59,673 nucleotides of DNA, filler included, from Sphacelaria rigidula (GCA_964200075.2; 2 parts of 2 records of this genome joined end to end with filler, not necessarily neighbours in it); one strand, 5' to 3'. Positions 36,750 to 51,039 are shown, counted from the first letter of the whole stretch. Program-made: numbers and translations. The notes: generated from the letters alone by a model not told the origin.

Positions 36750-37100
36750 GCGCTTCGTGCCCAGACCCATCATAACTGTGCTGTAGCTGACACGGTTGTG
36801 TGGTGTATTAGAACCCTGCGAAGACGGTTTGCTCTGCGCTGGGGATTGCGTAAACTGCTGTACTGTTGTTGTATCCCGGCCGGAACACAAATCTCGAAAC
36901 ACTGCCGAAATCGTCATCATGGTGCAGTGGATGCGTTGAGCCGCCTGTAAAACCGAGAACGCGCTTCGTGCCCACACCCATCATTTCGATATAGTACTGT
37001 AGTTGTCGCTGTACTACTGTGGTGCGTTTGGATCCTTCGAAGACGGTTTGATCTGCGCTGGATATTGCCTGAACTGCTGTACTGCCGGTGTGTTCTGGTC
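36750..37100 (+). repeat. Diverged ~130-bp direct repeat (36750-36880 / 36961-37100)
   Basis: GCGCTTCGTGCCCA.ACCCATCAT...CGAAGACGGTTTG.TCTGCGCTGG...AACTGCTGTACTG occurs in both. Confidence 0.75.
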
Positions 37101-37579
37101 TGTTCGTACAGAACTGGGGTGGGAACAAAATGCTGTCGACGCAAATTTGGAAAAGTCACGAGATGGTTGTGCAGCCGTCATATCTTCTTTGGTGCCCTTG
37201 TACACATGCACAACTTCTCGGTCACGCCAACTCCATGTATGGGCAACTCCAATTTTGTGCCATAACAACGAGAGTGCTTTTTACTTGTCTCCGTTCAAAA
37301 TCGTGGCAGATAAAAAAACACGTTGAAAATTTCATTCGTTGGCTCCCGAAGAGATGGTCTTTGGACGTATTAGTGAAAACTGGATCTTCTTGTTTGCCGT
37401 CAACCCATGAAAAAACAAAACTCGACGTTCCGAAATTTGTCGTTCGCTTACGTTCCAGGGATCCTCAATACCGAATTTGAAAGTCTACCTCTCAAAATTC
37501 AGGTGAGAATGGGCTGGCAACCAATGAATTCTCTCCTAGCCTGGCCCAACTCGTATGGTATAGGAATCACGCGACATGA

Positions 37580-37699
37580 TCTTTGAGAACCCATGACGAT
37601 TTTTGCTTTCGTGAATCGGCATTATTTTGACATGAAAATGACTGAAAATGATGCCGATTCACACATACAAAAATCGTCAATGAGTTCCAAAAGGGTTAA
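37580..37699. mobile_element. ~120-bp hairpin MITE with a piggyBac-type right end
   Basis: TGACGATTTTTG...GTGAATCGGCAT.ATTTT is inverted against AAAATGATGCCGATTCAC...CAAAAATCGTCA. Ends AAGGG|TTAA. Confidence 0.6.
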
Positions 37700-38828
37700 C
37701 GAGGACAAAATGGCCCAGGCTTTTGAGCAGATGGGCATCTTCCCCTAGATTCAACGATTTGTGAGATATTAAATTCATGGACCAATTCGACTGTGTCAGA
37801 TCGATGGCTGTGAGAGCCAAACTCCGTCTGTACGCTGACCCAGCTCATAGTGAATGATTACAGCGCCAGCAGTTTGGTTGAATCTGCTTTTCGTATCTCC
37901 AGACATCTTCGTACCGTTTTACGTATCAGACTGCCGATTGAGTGCACAAGAAGTACAGACACGTACGCGAAACTGTACTGTCCAATTTCGGCTTCTGTGA
38001 TTCTCGCAGGTCGATTTTTTGTGACTGCGGCTTTCACTTATACCCCAAGGATCCAGCCGTGGCCTCATGGTAGATGTACCCGAGAAAAAAACAAGGTGGG
38101 TTCCAAAGTCCTATCTGGTAAGTCTACTCATCATAACACCGGGGTGATCTTCGGGTGATATAAGGCATATTTTACCAACACTGGCAGATCACGACGATCC
38201 AACTGAAGTGCGGCCAGTTGAGACGGGGAAAATAATAATGGGGCCACCTGGCACTTCTTCCTCTGACAGTCCCGTCATCAGCGGACAAGTTGATAGCGTC
38301 CCGCCCCTCAAGCAGGTCGTCAGCCGATGTAGGGCGTCTACCGAGCAATCGCAGATACTTCTACATATACCACATACCTCGGGGATCACAGCATGCAGTC
38401 AGCACTGCAATCACCCTGCAATTTGCGTTTCGCCCCCACCCGCGCGTTCCCCCGCCCGCTGTGGCGGCAGAGCAGCACCCAAAGACCAGAACACACTCGA
38501 CCCGCGAATTTTCCGCTACTTCTATTCTTTGCAAGATGCACGGACGTGTTGTGCTGTCTCAGCTTCAAATCCACAATTTTCTCAAGCTCCGATTCTCCGA
38601 ACTTTTAACCCCTTTCTAACTCCGGCTTGCGCTGTATGTGTCCTACCACAAGGTGGTTGGAGGAGCCCTTTCCCCTTCCAGCACAGGATGAGACGAACCG
38701 AACCCAGCTCCCATAATCAGATTATTCTATACAATCATATTCCAATGCGATCGATATCTTTCCTGTCGTTTTCTAGGAATTTCTCGGAATAGTTTTTCGT
38801 ATACCTGGACGAGGTCACCTCTAGACAA

Positions 38829-39214
38829 ATGAGGCTGCGGCTGCGTAGCACGACCGGCGGGGTTGGCCTGGCAGCCTTCCTTGTGATATTTTACTCGGCA
38901 TCATTGATTTTTCTAGCCGTCGTCAGTGGGTTTGTAACATTACCACAGCCACAGCGAAGGAGCTGCACGTCCGCAGATGTTCATGTTGTTTCGCGTAACG
39001 GTCGTCGCTGCTCTGTGAGACGAGCACCGCGATCACCGGAGGGATGTTCATCTGCCATAACGACTGCTGCTGCTGGCGTGAGGTTGGAGCATGATGCAGC
39101 TCCTGGTTTGGGTAAACATGATGAGGATGCGGTGTTGTCGAGTCGACAAGCTGTTGAGCTTGCGGTGGAACGGCTCGTGCCGCTCTTTTCCGAGGTGGAC
39201 GCTCACACACAAAG
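38829..39214 (+). CDS. Exon 1 of a PLP-dependent YnbB/aluminium-resistance (Met-gamma-lyase-like) family protein with signal plus transit peptide
   Basis: Hydrophobic signal ending ...AVVSG|FVTLP, an R/S-rich transit-like stretch, then AVELAVERLVPLFSEVDAHTQ(R). AG|GTGTGG donor, phase 2, joins in frame with the exon at 51040. Confidence 0.8.
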
Positions 39215-42200
39215 GTGTGGTGAGTGATTTAGATGTGGCATGTACTGGCGGCTGGTCCCAGTGTTATTCCTTTTCGATAATATGGAGGCGGTGTTTTGGT
39301 AGCTTAGGCGCGAAGAGCATCCGCACCTCGCGTCAGATGACCCCGAAACTTGGAGAATGTGTAGATTGGTATTAGAACAAGGTGTTACTGTCACAGCTGC
39401 AGCAGGGGAAATCGCTGATGGCCCGGTCTGCATTCATACGGTGGATAATCCCGGTGTGTGGGATCACGTTTTTTAACACCCCGCTGTCTGATGACGATTA
39501 CAGTGGGTACAGTGACAGTTGAGCACGCTGACTGTGCAATGGATCCTGCCGGACTCACATCAATCTTTGCCCAGTTAGGGATGAACGCTCGAAGAAACCC
39601 AGAAAACAAGCATCGTTTATGGTCCGCTATATATATGAGGGTTGGGAGGTGAACGTTTCCACTCCAAAACGGTCGACAGTCGAAGGTTGAGCTCCTGTCA
39701 CGCGACCAGTGGGTAGTGTGACGGGCCCTTGCTGGCGTACCTGATACTGGACGCGACATCCCGGTACAGACAGTCACACCACTACCGGGATGGCCGCGCA
39801 AGCAGGCTAGCAGCTGGAGTGGGCGTTGCACTGGTATTCTTCTAGCCTTATCAACTTACATCATCTCCGCGTTGGCTTTGCACGTGAATACTTCGGTGAT
39901 TTCCTCCCTTCCACTTCGGCCATACTTTGAGGACAATGCCACGGTCTCACTGCCCAACTTTATATGTGAAAATGTACCAAGATGGACAAGATATTTATGT
40001 TCGGCTTGAAAAAAAGTGTACTGCGCACAGTACTGAAATCTGATGTCGACTACCGGAAGCAGCACGGTCTGGAATTCGCACAGTATACTGTGAGACGGGG
40101 TCCAGAAATTCCCACGCCGCGAAAGGTAACAGCAAGCTTTCGCGCCATAGCGCCTGTGCCCACAGGGACCTTCGCCCAACATACGGGCATTAATTATAGG
40201 AGCAGATAGCACCGCAGGCGGATTTCACTCCCGCTTGCGCCACGTACTGTTTGTTGCCGACGTCAAACGCGCGGTTGACGCATGCATTACGCGCTCATTT
40301 GCGTGCACATTAGTTGGCACACGTTACGCGCGGGAGAGTTGTCAATTACCGCCAACACCCTCGACGCTTCCCACGTGGGCAGCCGGTCGCTTCACATCCC
40401 TGCAGTATGAACCTCCCGACAGCTCGAATTTGGAACTTTATACCCGTGTATGTATCCGCAGCCTACAGCGCTTCTGCCGACGTCATGAAACACAGTTTGC
40501 GGCTGTTTGCGGTAAAAACGACATTTTATTTTTATGGAGGTATTGGAGTCGTGGCGACATCGGGTTTCAAGAGCTGACGACACTCGTTTCACGATTTCAC
40601 ATACCGCGGTCCCATAACCCCCTGAAAGATCACGATTACATCGGAGTCCATGGGCATGCCGACTACCATGCTATTGGGGAAGAAGAAAAAAAATATGTGG
40701 ACGATGCGTCGTAGAAGGGGCACGCCAGCACGCGGTGACGCCGATGTGGTGGCGGCGGAGGTAATTTGCGGGCCATGGGGGTGTAGTCTCTTAGACAGGG
40801 TAGTCGCCGAGATAAATCCGTAGTCTCACGTCGATCGCAGTGCATATGCAGAAAAAGTAGAATGGCTTTTGCAGCTGTTACAGTGGAGAGAGGTTTCGGA
40901 GAGCAAATGTCGCATTTTGTTTCGGCAAAAGACACGTCCTCCGGCGGAAAATTACAGCTGAGATTCTGATTGCTTGCGAGAACAGGACTTGAAGCCGAAT
41001 GAATCATGCACCGACTGTGTAGACGCAGATTTTGGTTCTCAGCATTTATTGTATCGAATAATGTCACGCAAAACGCCAATTCGGGTCCAAGCGTAAGGAT
41101 TATCATCTATGGCATCAAGTTGCTGAGATCTCTCACAGGTTAGGACGCTCCAGGTTACTGTAGCCCTGTATTTGCATAGGAACTTGTGCTCCGTATACCT
41201 TCCACCTTATGGTCGCCGCTTTGTATGATTCTGCTCTCATATATTTGTACCAGGGAGAATGCAAGCAATGCCCTCTCCTTCGCCTGCACCATGGCGTACC
41301 ATGACGCCGCGTTTTATCCCACACAACACCAGTGGCGGGACAGAATGAGTAGACCTTCGCGTCCGACACAGTGTGATGCGGACACAACCTTTCCTCTGGA
41401 CGGACGAACACGATCGGACTATCAACTCTTAACCAGCGACGCCAACTATGTCATGCTCGGGGTGTGGAGTAGGGTTCCTCAGGCGTTTTCCTCATTTCAC
41501 CCGTTCCCATCACCGACGAGTCTACCCCGACAACTTCTGTACCAAGGACGGCGAAACAAATTGCCACCATGTATCTTTTTAAATTTTCGCTCCATGTGTA
41601 TTGCTTTTGTGCCTTCTCTCCTGCCCCCTTTTGCTCTTGGTCTCGTGCCGAGAAGGCCGCCATGGCCGCTGCGTGCGATGAAAAAGCCTCCATTTCATCC
41701 ACCTGCCCAGGCTTGATGTGCATAACGTCAACACAAACGCGGCGACATCACGCGATGGTGGAGGTTACATGAACCTTCCCCAATCCACGATCTCCTTCTT
41801 TCTAACATAGCACGCGTCCAATAAGTGCAGTTATGTGAAACTAATATCACTAGTTTCCGAACCGCACACGCTTGCGCTCGCACGCCCCCTACAGTTACAG
41901 AACTCAGCACTAGAGGGACCTATGTTTGTCTTATCAACGACCGCCATTTGCCATTAGCCGCGCGGAAGTTACCTCATCGGTGGTAACATTTCATACAGTC
42001 GCACATTCCACATGGCGGGGTTGCTGTGGTGTATTCTTCCATGGCGCCAGCAAAGTATATGTTTCTCCGTCGATGAGGGGCCTCGAAATTCTGGGGAAAC
42101 AAACAAAACGTTTCCCCGTTCCAGCTCCATCGCATTTAACCGTCAACGAAAGTTCCATCATAGTTACCGCAGAGAAAATAACGCCAGCGCGCAAAAAACA

Positions 42201-42341
42201 AAAAACAGTAACCTCGTTGCGTAGATAACGCTGTGAGTGGTGTGTTTTACAGTGTCATCGCCAACCGACGCCAACCCCATCGGGGCTAGGGGGGGGGAGG
42301 GGGGCTCCGCGCCCAACAGCCCTCTTCGACGCACGTGCGGG

Positions 42342-42371
42342 CGACTACTCCGCGGGCGAGTAGTCGTTTAG
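42342..42371 (+). mobile_element. Possible Helitron-type 3' terminus
   Basis: Hairpin CGACTACTC-cgcgggc-GAGTAGTCG followed by TTTAG|T (canonical is CTRR|T). No 5' end identified. Confidence 0.35.
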
Positions 42372-45300
42372 TGTTCTCAACTTTCACCCATACATTTTGT
42401 ACATGGAACCTGTCGCGCAAGAGTTATTCCCATACGTGAAACTGAACGATATTTCCTACCTCGTCGCCATTCGCCTCCGCCCTTCTTAAGACGCCGGTTG
42501 GTGCTTTGGTCAATCCTCGTCGAAGCCCGACAACTCCTCTGCGCCCGAGTCAACATCCGACTCCGACTCAGTGTTATCTGCATGGGGTTCAGTACGGGGA
42601 GTGTGTCCGAACTGTATCCGATTTTTTTTTTTACGGGATCACAATCTTCATAGCATTCATACATTTTCCCGTTAGCGCCCCTTACATAGACATGCACGGA
42701 TTACATACTCCCGGAAAGGTGTGTCAGCGCACGGCGACATCGTGTACGTGACACTGCGAGTGGTGTGATTTGCCGCATTGTTGCAACCCGATCTCAATCC
42801 CATCGAGGGGGAGGGCTGAGGGGGGGGGGGGAGGTCAGGCGGGAATCCAACCGGCGGTGTGTTCACAGACATGTCATGTTCACTGTGGATAACGCGGCAA
42901 TTGTCGGCCGCAACATAGATGTTACCTGTCGCACATGGCCGGCGCAATGAACGGCTAACAACAACTACATGCCCCACGTTCACACCTGTCAGTGAACCGT
43001 CGCCCTCTGAAGAGTGGTCATCCGACGACAGTTCCAAATCGCTGATGCCTGCCTCACCACCGGTTGAGGCCGTCGCTATTGCTTGCGCCGCGTGAGCTTC
43101 GCCCGCACAAGGTGCCACACCCTCAATGGCATGCCCTGCGATTCCACCGCTCGCCGCCAGCATTGGGGCCGCCCCTGCTGCTGTCGCCGCACGAGCGCCG
43201 ATCCTGCCGTAGGCCAAGCCCTCAACGGTATGTCCTGCATATCCAGTGACCGCCGCGACCGTTGGGTCAGTCTACAAGATTGTTTCGTCACTACGCCCCC
43301 AACATGTCGGTTATCAGGATCCAAACTTGTAAGGCGTGTAGTACCCATGGAGCAATTTTTTCACTGACTGTACTACACTTTTATACGAGGAGTGTGTCAT
43401 GGAGCACTGACTGTACCGTCGCGGGTGCGGTGTGCGAGGAGTGTGTCATGGAACGTCAAATCCAAGACAGAAAAAAACCCCTCTGGGAATCGATTCTTTT
43501 TTCCGGAGAATATTTGGGAAAATCGCTGTCTGGGGATAAAGATCAGTTTCCCGATGCATCTTTTCCTTAATAATGGCCTTATGACGTCGCATTCTGGCAA
43601 AAGTCTCGGGAAATTGACCGCAACGACTTTACTGAAACACTTTTGTCAGTCTAGAAGAAGGGGCTTCAATGAAATAATCCATCTCCAATTTGTAAAATGC
43701 CGTGTTTTGTGACGACCGGTGACGCTCTATAACACCCAGCATGAACACGGTACTTACTCCGTATGACCCTGACAACACCCTTTCAGCATCATGTGGTGGG
43801 CCCGATTTTCCTCTCTTCCCAATATCGCTCGACGCCAGCACTTTGAATCGCCTTGGACAGAAGAGATAACGATACCGAATATCCCCTGACTACCCAAAAC
43901 GTACACAGGGCAAATTTTGCATGCCGCCGCAATTTCAGAAATTTACCCATAAGGACAAAAAAGGAGAAGTTAACTGCGGCAAAATTGCGGCACAGTGTAC
44001 TGTACTCGCCGTGGCAGGTTGTGCTTGCTTCAAACAGTGCCTGGCGCTCACCTCTTGCGTCGATATCCCGTTCCTCTTGGCCTTTCGCCGCCCCGGCACC
44101 ATCGTGGCGGACCCCTTCTATGGTCGACGGACGCTCCGCCTCTTCGGCCGGAATGACTTCCATCCGCACCCACCGGCTACTTGCACGCAGACCCTGCACA
44201 CTTGGACATTAATTTGACGGCGCAGGGCAAGAACAAGTTGCGAATACCGGAATTGCCTCGACTTTGTCTGACGTCGATGTCCATGGTACGCGAGTACCAT
44301 GTAGACCATAACCCTTACAGGAGAGCAACCGCACATGTGGATTAAATTGCACTCTGACGGGTAGCGCCGATGATTACTCCCAAGCCTCGTCTTTGTCGGC
44401 CATAATACGACACCGTGCCCTCTCCGTGCCATGTGGATATTTCTGTACAGTGCATCCTAACGGTACAACGCACGATTACTTCAAAGGCGAGTGCGCAAAT
44501 GTAGCCGCCCGAGGCTTTAGTGTTACACGAAAAGGACAGAGCCCAACACCTAACGTCGCTGCAAGACGGTCGGGTTACGAAAATCTGGACCTGCGACGGG
44601 TGGTATTCCCCGTACACTTGAACGGCAGAAGAAGCGGCTGAGTACATCTTGTAGTGAACTGCGGAAGATGGGTGAAATCACTGCAGGACAGATATATACG
44701 AAGGATGTTACCTTCTGCGGTGTGCCATGTCACCTGGCACGTTGCCGCTGTGCATCGATCACGTTGTGCCGCTACAGGCGTCACTGCTGCGGGTGGTCCG
44801 CAGTCTCTAACACAGGCGGCACGCAGTATATGATGTACCGTACTGTATTATATGTGTTCAGACCAGTGCGCACGGGGTGAGGCCCGCATGTACACCACCC
44901 TCCACGAACTTCGTCGTGCACTACCGAGACGGCACATTTTTCAGTAGAATTCGCTTGCAATCTATGCTGTTACATACCTCGTAAGCGATGCAGCTTCCTC
45001 CACATCCGCATACCGCCCGTGAGGCGAGCTCTTGGTGCTGGAAGTGCCCATCCCTCTTCCCGTGATGATCTCCAGTCTTGTCTCAGACAATTGAAACCTT
45101 CGGAAAATGACAGTAGATACTAGAAGGTACATATATCTGCCCCACAAATCCCTCCATATGATCGAAAAGGAAAAACACTGGTGCGCTACAGACTATCACA
45201 CAATGGTCTTGTTGTTTCGTACCAAGTCAACGCCGGGGAATCGGTCGCTTGGATATAATCCGCAGCGATATACCTTCCATATTTTACACAGCTTTGGAGT

Positions 45301-46853
45301 GTTCATATTCTACACGTCACGTGTTTTGAAGGGCGCAGAGGGTGGGGCGGTGCTCTCACCCGCTCGATGCTCGATCCGATAACACAAATATACCTGCGGA
45401 GCTCGCAGGTACTAGATTGCGATTTTCATCTTTCCTTGCCCTTTGCTCACAGGGCGCGTCTTCGCACATTTTTTCTCGATCGAAAAAGTGCGATGGAAAA
45501 TAATATTTTCGATCTGATAAGTCCGTCGCATTTCTGTTCCCACTCGGTTTCAATAATTTTTTACATCTAGTGGCGCGCGAAGAAGTAGAAAACAATTAAG
45601 CTAAGCTTTTTCGATCGAGAGCATGAGGTCGAAAGGCACGAGGAGGCGCTTGACTTCCATCTTACAGATCGCCACGCCAGATACAACCCGTTCACAGAAC
45701 CATGCAAACTACATACAACTCATTCTCAGCTACCACCGCAACCCTGCAGCATAGAGCACAAGTTGAGCCCAGTTGAGCCCAGGTATAGATACACTGCAGT
45801 TGTTGGGTATGCTGTTGTTCATTTTTTGTTGAGGAAAACTTGAGCATCTTTTTCCATGGTAGGATCAGCGACGGAACTGCGTGGTAGGGTGGGCAACCGA
45901 GTTGCGTACATGCTCATGGATAGTCCAGGCAGTACAAAGCTACACCTTGTCCAGTTCTTTTCACGTCGCATTTTAAGCAGAGAGAGCAGATAGTCCTGGT
46001 CTGTCTGCACTGCATGTTGCCTTTTTTTTTTTCACATCCCACTATACAAAACACGCACATACGCACTCAAGGCACACTGAAGACAAGCAGTGCAGACAGC
46101 GCAGACCGCTTGTGCTGTACACAAGCGTCCATGTGCCGTTTCAGAATTGCACTGTCTTTTTTCCATCGGAAGCCCGAAAATTCGCTTGGACCCAACTCGA
46201 GAAAAATGAGCAAATTTCGCTCAAATCAATTCCTAGTCTCCTCTGTGCCGGAGGCCAAGCTGTACCCATGCCCCGTCTGTGATCATCACAGCTTGAGCAT
46301 GCCAGCAATTAGTACTGTGGCGTTGTCATGGTGGATATCGAAACCCCGGAGTGTTATCTCCGGCACGTATTTAATCGACCGGACCAAAACCGATGTGAAG
46401 AGATTATGACCGCCGTGTGTGCTTTTATTATTTGGCCACTCAGTCCAACGGCCAAAGTTGTGCGTCCTTCATTCCGTGCTCTCCACAACAAAAGTAGCAC
46501 GACAACAACGTGGTATTGGACTGTAGGCCGCCAAACCAACTCATCAAGGCAGCGGCACCATGTATGTGAAGCAGTTGACGGGCCTATGTCCCCCGTGGAA
46601 CCGCGGGCGGCTTTCGAAGCTCCAGCGGCAGCGTGCAAAGAAAGATGTTCCGATCTTTTTTTGGATGTGTGCCGGCGTTTGAAGACGAGGAAATATAGTG
46701 GCCGGCGCGTTCTCTAGCATCTTGGTGGCTACATGTTCGTTGCTGTTGGCTTGCAAGCGCGACGGTCAAACGTGTGCATCGTGCGTGAGGAAAAGGCGAC
46801 CATGAAAAAACTCGTGTACAGACTGCTCCTCATGGCTTATTCTGGGTAGTTAA

Positions 46854-46950
46854 CCTGTGACCACGGAAGGTGTCCGCATCAGATGTCCAGTACGGAGTAT
46901 TGCGCAGATATCAGTTTTTTTTTTTTAATGTGAAGACAACAACAGCAACA
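46854..46950 (+). mobile_element. Short retroposon 3' end, (CAA)n family
   Basis: CCTGTGACCACGGAAGGTGTCCGCATCAGATGTCCAGTAC...TTTTAATGTGAAGACAACAACAGCAAC. Confidence 0.7.
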
Positions 46951-47852
46951 AAAAAACGGACAAAATATTGTAATGCCTGTACAGCAAGCGAATGGCTGTT
47001 GCTACCTGGTTCACCACCCTTCAATAGGACTTTCAATGCGCGCGTCACACCAATAAAACACTGCCGATATCGCCTATCCTTGATGTAGCGCTGCTACATG
47101 CCCAAAGAATAGCCTGCCATAGCGCCCCATCACCGCCATCTGTGATGATCACTGAAACACTATACATTTCGTATAATTGTCCATTTTCCATGGGAAAAAT
47201 AGCGGCTCTCTGACTGCGGGTCAGAGGTGTCAGGGGTTACTCGTGTGAGTTTTGGGCGACTGTAGAACAGGTACAGTCGGTACAGACCTGCAACGTCACC
47301 CGTCGTGTCCGACCGTACGCACTGCCAAGGAGTGGTATCTTCACGGTGGGTGTTGATTTCTCGCAAGTAACTGTAGCCACACTTGCGACAGAAAGCTGCG
47401 GCAGCTAACTCCACAGTATCCGAGTGTACATCCTCACACTACAAGTACCAAGCTTGTCGTGTGAAAAAAGACTTACATGGACAGCCGGTTGTTCGCCGGG
47501 CAAGCAGCTACTTTGCCGTGTATGCTGTGTATACAGTAACATATACTGCACTAGAAGAGCAGCAGTATAATGCCCAGCAAAGTAGTTCAGTGAGACATTT
47601 TGCCCGTTTGGATCTCGATCGCCGCAAGCGCGTCATTTTTGTTGCTTTCTGTTGTTTGGACCCCGAATGGACCTCGATCGTCACGCAAGGGTTAACCACC
47701 CTCCCTTCTTATTTTTATTGGTCTCTAGCAACTCGGGTCTGAAAACCGCTCAAGCTTCCTGCAAAGGGGCAAAAAGGGGTATTAGCAGCTGGAAACCTGC
47801 GGCAGCTAGCACGACGAAAGTCTTCAAGTGTAGGGCACACTACATACGTCTA

Positions 47853-48446
47853 CGAGCTTGGCCAGGCACGACTTCCTTTAATAGTGGCGGTTGGACAGTC
47901 ACGCGCAGCTTCATTGTACGGTTTAGGAGCTGAGATTTTGACACAAGATTCATACCATCAATACGCCGAACATATCCGAAGTAACAGGGGCGAAAAAACA
48001 GAAATTTAGAGCGATGTGAATTTGGGCAAAAAAGAAGAAATCTCATAACGCCATTAAAAAAACAAGAACGGGGGTTGCTTCCATTCAAGAATTTCTAATA
48101 GCGTGAAAATTCTTGTAAAATCTCGACCGAAACCCCTGAAATTAGACTGCGCCTGCAATGATTCGTGTGACACCGCTGCGCCCCGGTAACCTAGGTGATA
48201 CAGGATACCCCAGTTCTGGAGTTCACGAGTTCGAATCCGGACACATCCTGTTTTGGCAGAATCTGGTTCCGCCAATGAGGTCATATATTGCGCACTACAT
48301 TTGTTTCGATATTTTGTCCAGCGATAGAGCTTGCATCAACCGGTTGGTCTGCAGCTCGAAGCGATACGCTTACATCGGGTTGGTTCGGAAACTTGAACGC
48401 GTCGTTGTGTTTTGGGGTATGCGCGTTTTACGGCTGGCCCAGCTCG
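47853..48446. mobile_element. Tc1/mariner-like MITE, 594 bp (family of 12145-12757)
   Basis: TA|CGAGCTTGGCCAG ... CTGGCCCAGCTCG|TA. Interior 47910-48030 resembles the reverse complement of 12580-12710. Confidence 0.7.
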
Positions 48447-49266
48447 TAGCTGTTACTGCTTTGGACAAATAAGAGAGATTGCATCGATGACACAAACTGC
48501 TTGTGCGCCGTGCTAGGTAGCTGCTATGCCCTCGAAAACGATCTGACAAAGAACACTGCACTACTCAGCAGCAGTAGTATACAGCATGCATGGCTTAGTC
48601 AAGAGTTATTTGCCGGTTCAGCTCTCGATTGCGACGAGCGCGTAAGTTTCTTCACTTTTCGCTGGTCGGTGGTTACTTGTGCGTGAAAGTCAGCAGCAAT
48701 GAACACGGCTGTATCGCGTGCTCAACTGCTCAGAATAGACAATAGGGGGTCACGATGTACTGGTGACGGACAAAACGGGGGTAGTAGACAAAACAAAAAC
48801 GGATATTTACCAATAAAAGTAGAAACGACCCGCGTCAGGCGGAAAAAAAGGCGGTACACCGCTACCTCAAGCGAGAGCCTGCCTTCTTTATCGCCAGTTT
48901 TGTCTTCAGCGATGGGATTTTCGTCCCGGAACCCGTTGCTCGGGGACAGGAGAATATCTACAATACGCGTGAGGCGAAAAGACCCGACTTGTTGCGTTTT
49001 GAGCCCACGTGCGAGCCCGCTTGTTTTGTATACCCCCGTTGGCTGAAGTGTTTCGGGGGGAGTTCCCCCTTTTTGTCCACTTCATATGTATGAATGCAGA
49101 ATTTTGGGTAGTTCTCATCAGGAATTCGAACATATGAACTGCTTGACATTCAACGTGATTTGTCGCCGATGTCTTGCTGGTCGCACTGGATATTTCATTG
49201 CGCGATACGTGACATTTTATACTACTGTGATGTGAATATCTGGAAAGTGTCATACGACAAAAAAGG

Positions 49267-49449
49267 CAGTAGCGACCCGCTCGTAAAAAACTGAAAATCG
49301 AGCTCAGCCTAACTTTATTATCTAATGCAAAGACCTACTGTATTGGGCTTAGTGTAGCGATCATCGCCGAGGCTTAACACTTTTATATTTTTGAGAAATC
49401 TCAGCCTGGTGTTATTAAAACCTCGTTTACTATGAGCGGGTCGCCACGG
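49267..49449. mobile_element. Small MITE-like inverted repeat
   Basis: GTAGCGACCCGCTCGTA (49269-49285) versus TATGAGCGGGTCGCCAC (49431-49447), 15/17 inverted match. Confidence 0.5.
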
Positions 49450-51039
49450 TACTTGAAAATAGAACATTTTTATATTGAGTCCTGCACGGTGAAAGCCTAG
49501 TACTCGTCATTTCCAACAATTGAGAATGACGTTTTGTAGCACATATCAGTTTTGCTTGATATATAACAGTTTGATGGTGTCATACGAGTCTCCAAAAGTG
49601 TCATATGTGACAAAAGAGGTGGGTATGTTGGAATATGACAATTTGTCATATGGTCCTACCGGGAAAAGGGCAAGGCGATAAGGTTACCATAGGTACCCTC
49701 GGCTTGAAGACGAGACGGAGCGGAGTCAACAAACTCGATCGAGCATGTAATCACCAAACTGCAACAAACGGGAACAAGTGTTGTAAATCACTTTTGGGTA
49801 CGTCCTCGACGGAGTCGATTCATTTCCACGCGCTGCAGCGCACAAATTGGCGATGTATGTCTCCTTGAGAGCACCAACACCGGATCGTGGTGTTAGTACG
49901 CTGACAGAGGTCTGATGCGAACATCTAGCTCGCAGCACCTGGTAGATGACCCTTTCCTGCAACCCATCTCGCGAGACTGTGACGAGAGGGGGCGAAACGG
50001 TTCTGTTGGGATAGGGTGAAAAGTGTTGGAGTACGACAAGAACACTACACAGCCTGGTTTTTGGGGGTCGAAGCCACGGGCAACCTGCTAGCGGCGATGC
50101 CCATCACAGCATCTGTCGTTTTGGACCAGAACTTGTTGTGTCGCTGTAATGAGGCACAGCTACTTCAGTACTCACTCCTGCTACGAGTAGGGATGAGACG
50201 TCCCTACGACGCCGGTCTTGGCCAATGCAGTCTCGTGGGTGATATAATTTGGGAACCCGAGCGCTTGCGCTTGTGTTTTTGCCCCTAGGGAAAAAAAACG
50301 AGCTTTTCATGTTGTGCTTCACTGAAAATAGGGAAAATATCATGTGTGAAGCTTGGGAGTTTGAGCTGCATGACGAATATTCCAGATATCCAAGCGGGCA
50401 TCTCGTCGTCTTCGCACCCTCGGCAATACACCGGTACCGTTCGTTTGCGCTCACGCTGCATTTGGTCTGTTGAATCGATCATCACCTGGTCTGAGTATGC
50501 GAAGGTCTGATGAATTAATGATTCGTCTGCAAATCACTTGCTTCTGATGTAATTGTTTCGTATAGTACAAATCAATCCTTGGGCTTTATTTTCAGCGTTG
50601 CACTGTACTCCAGGTACGTGCACCCCAGGCACGTGGAATAGCGCAAAAATTGCGTGAAGCATGTCCTGTCCCCGCAACCAACTTAATTTTTTCATTCGAT
50701 CAATCAGGCCTCAGAAATCAAAGATTTCGTGACTTGAACCATCGGTGATTCGTCCGGCGCTTGATTTTAAAAGTATGGGCTCGGAATGTCATCGCCTCTT
50801 CCGATTTCGTTGGTTCCATGAAAACGCTCTCCATGTGATGGGGGCGTACCCATTCGTTGCTTGCCTTCGTCGTTTGACCATTGACCACGCATCTCTTCCG
50901 AGACGGAGCGAGTGCCCACGTGATGGGGAAGGTCATTTTTTACTGTCTCGTGTGAAATGCAAATGAGCGTGGACCTGCCTCCTTGTGAACATCGGGTGGG
51001 CCTCTATTTTGTCTCCGTTCACCATATTGGCAACGAAAG

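Larger units (their letters stand above)
34307..37537. mobile_element. ~3.2-kb element with long (~200-bp) diverged inverted ends (Mutator/foldback-like)
   Basis: 34307-34510 aligns by eye to the reverse complement of 37320-37537 (GCCCAT.CT.ACCT.AATTTTGAGAG, TCATG.GTTGA, ATCCAGTTTTCA). A second inner inverted match pairs 34660-34715 with 36600-36650. No convincing TSD. Confidence 0.6.
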
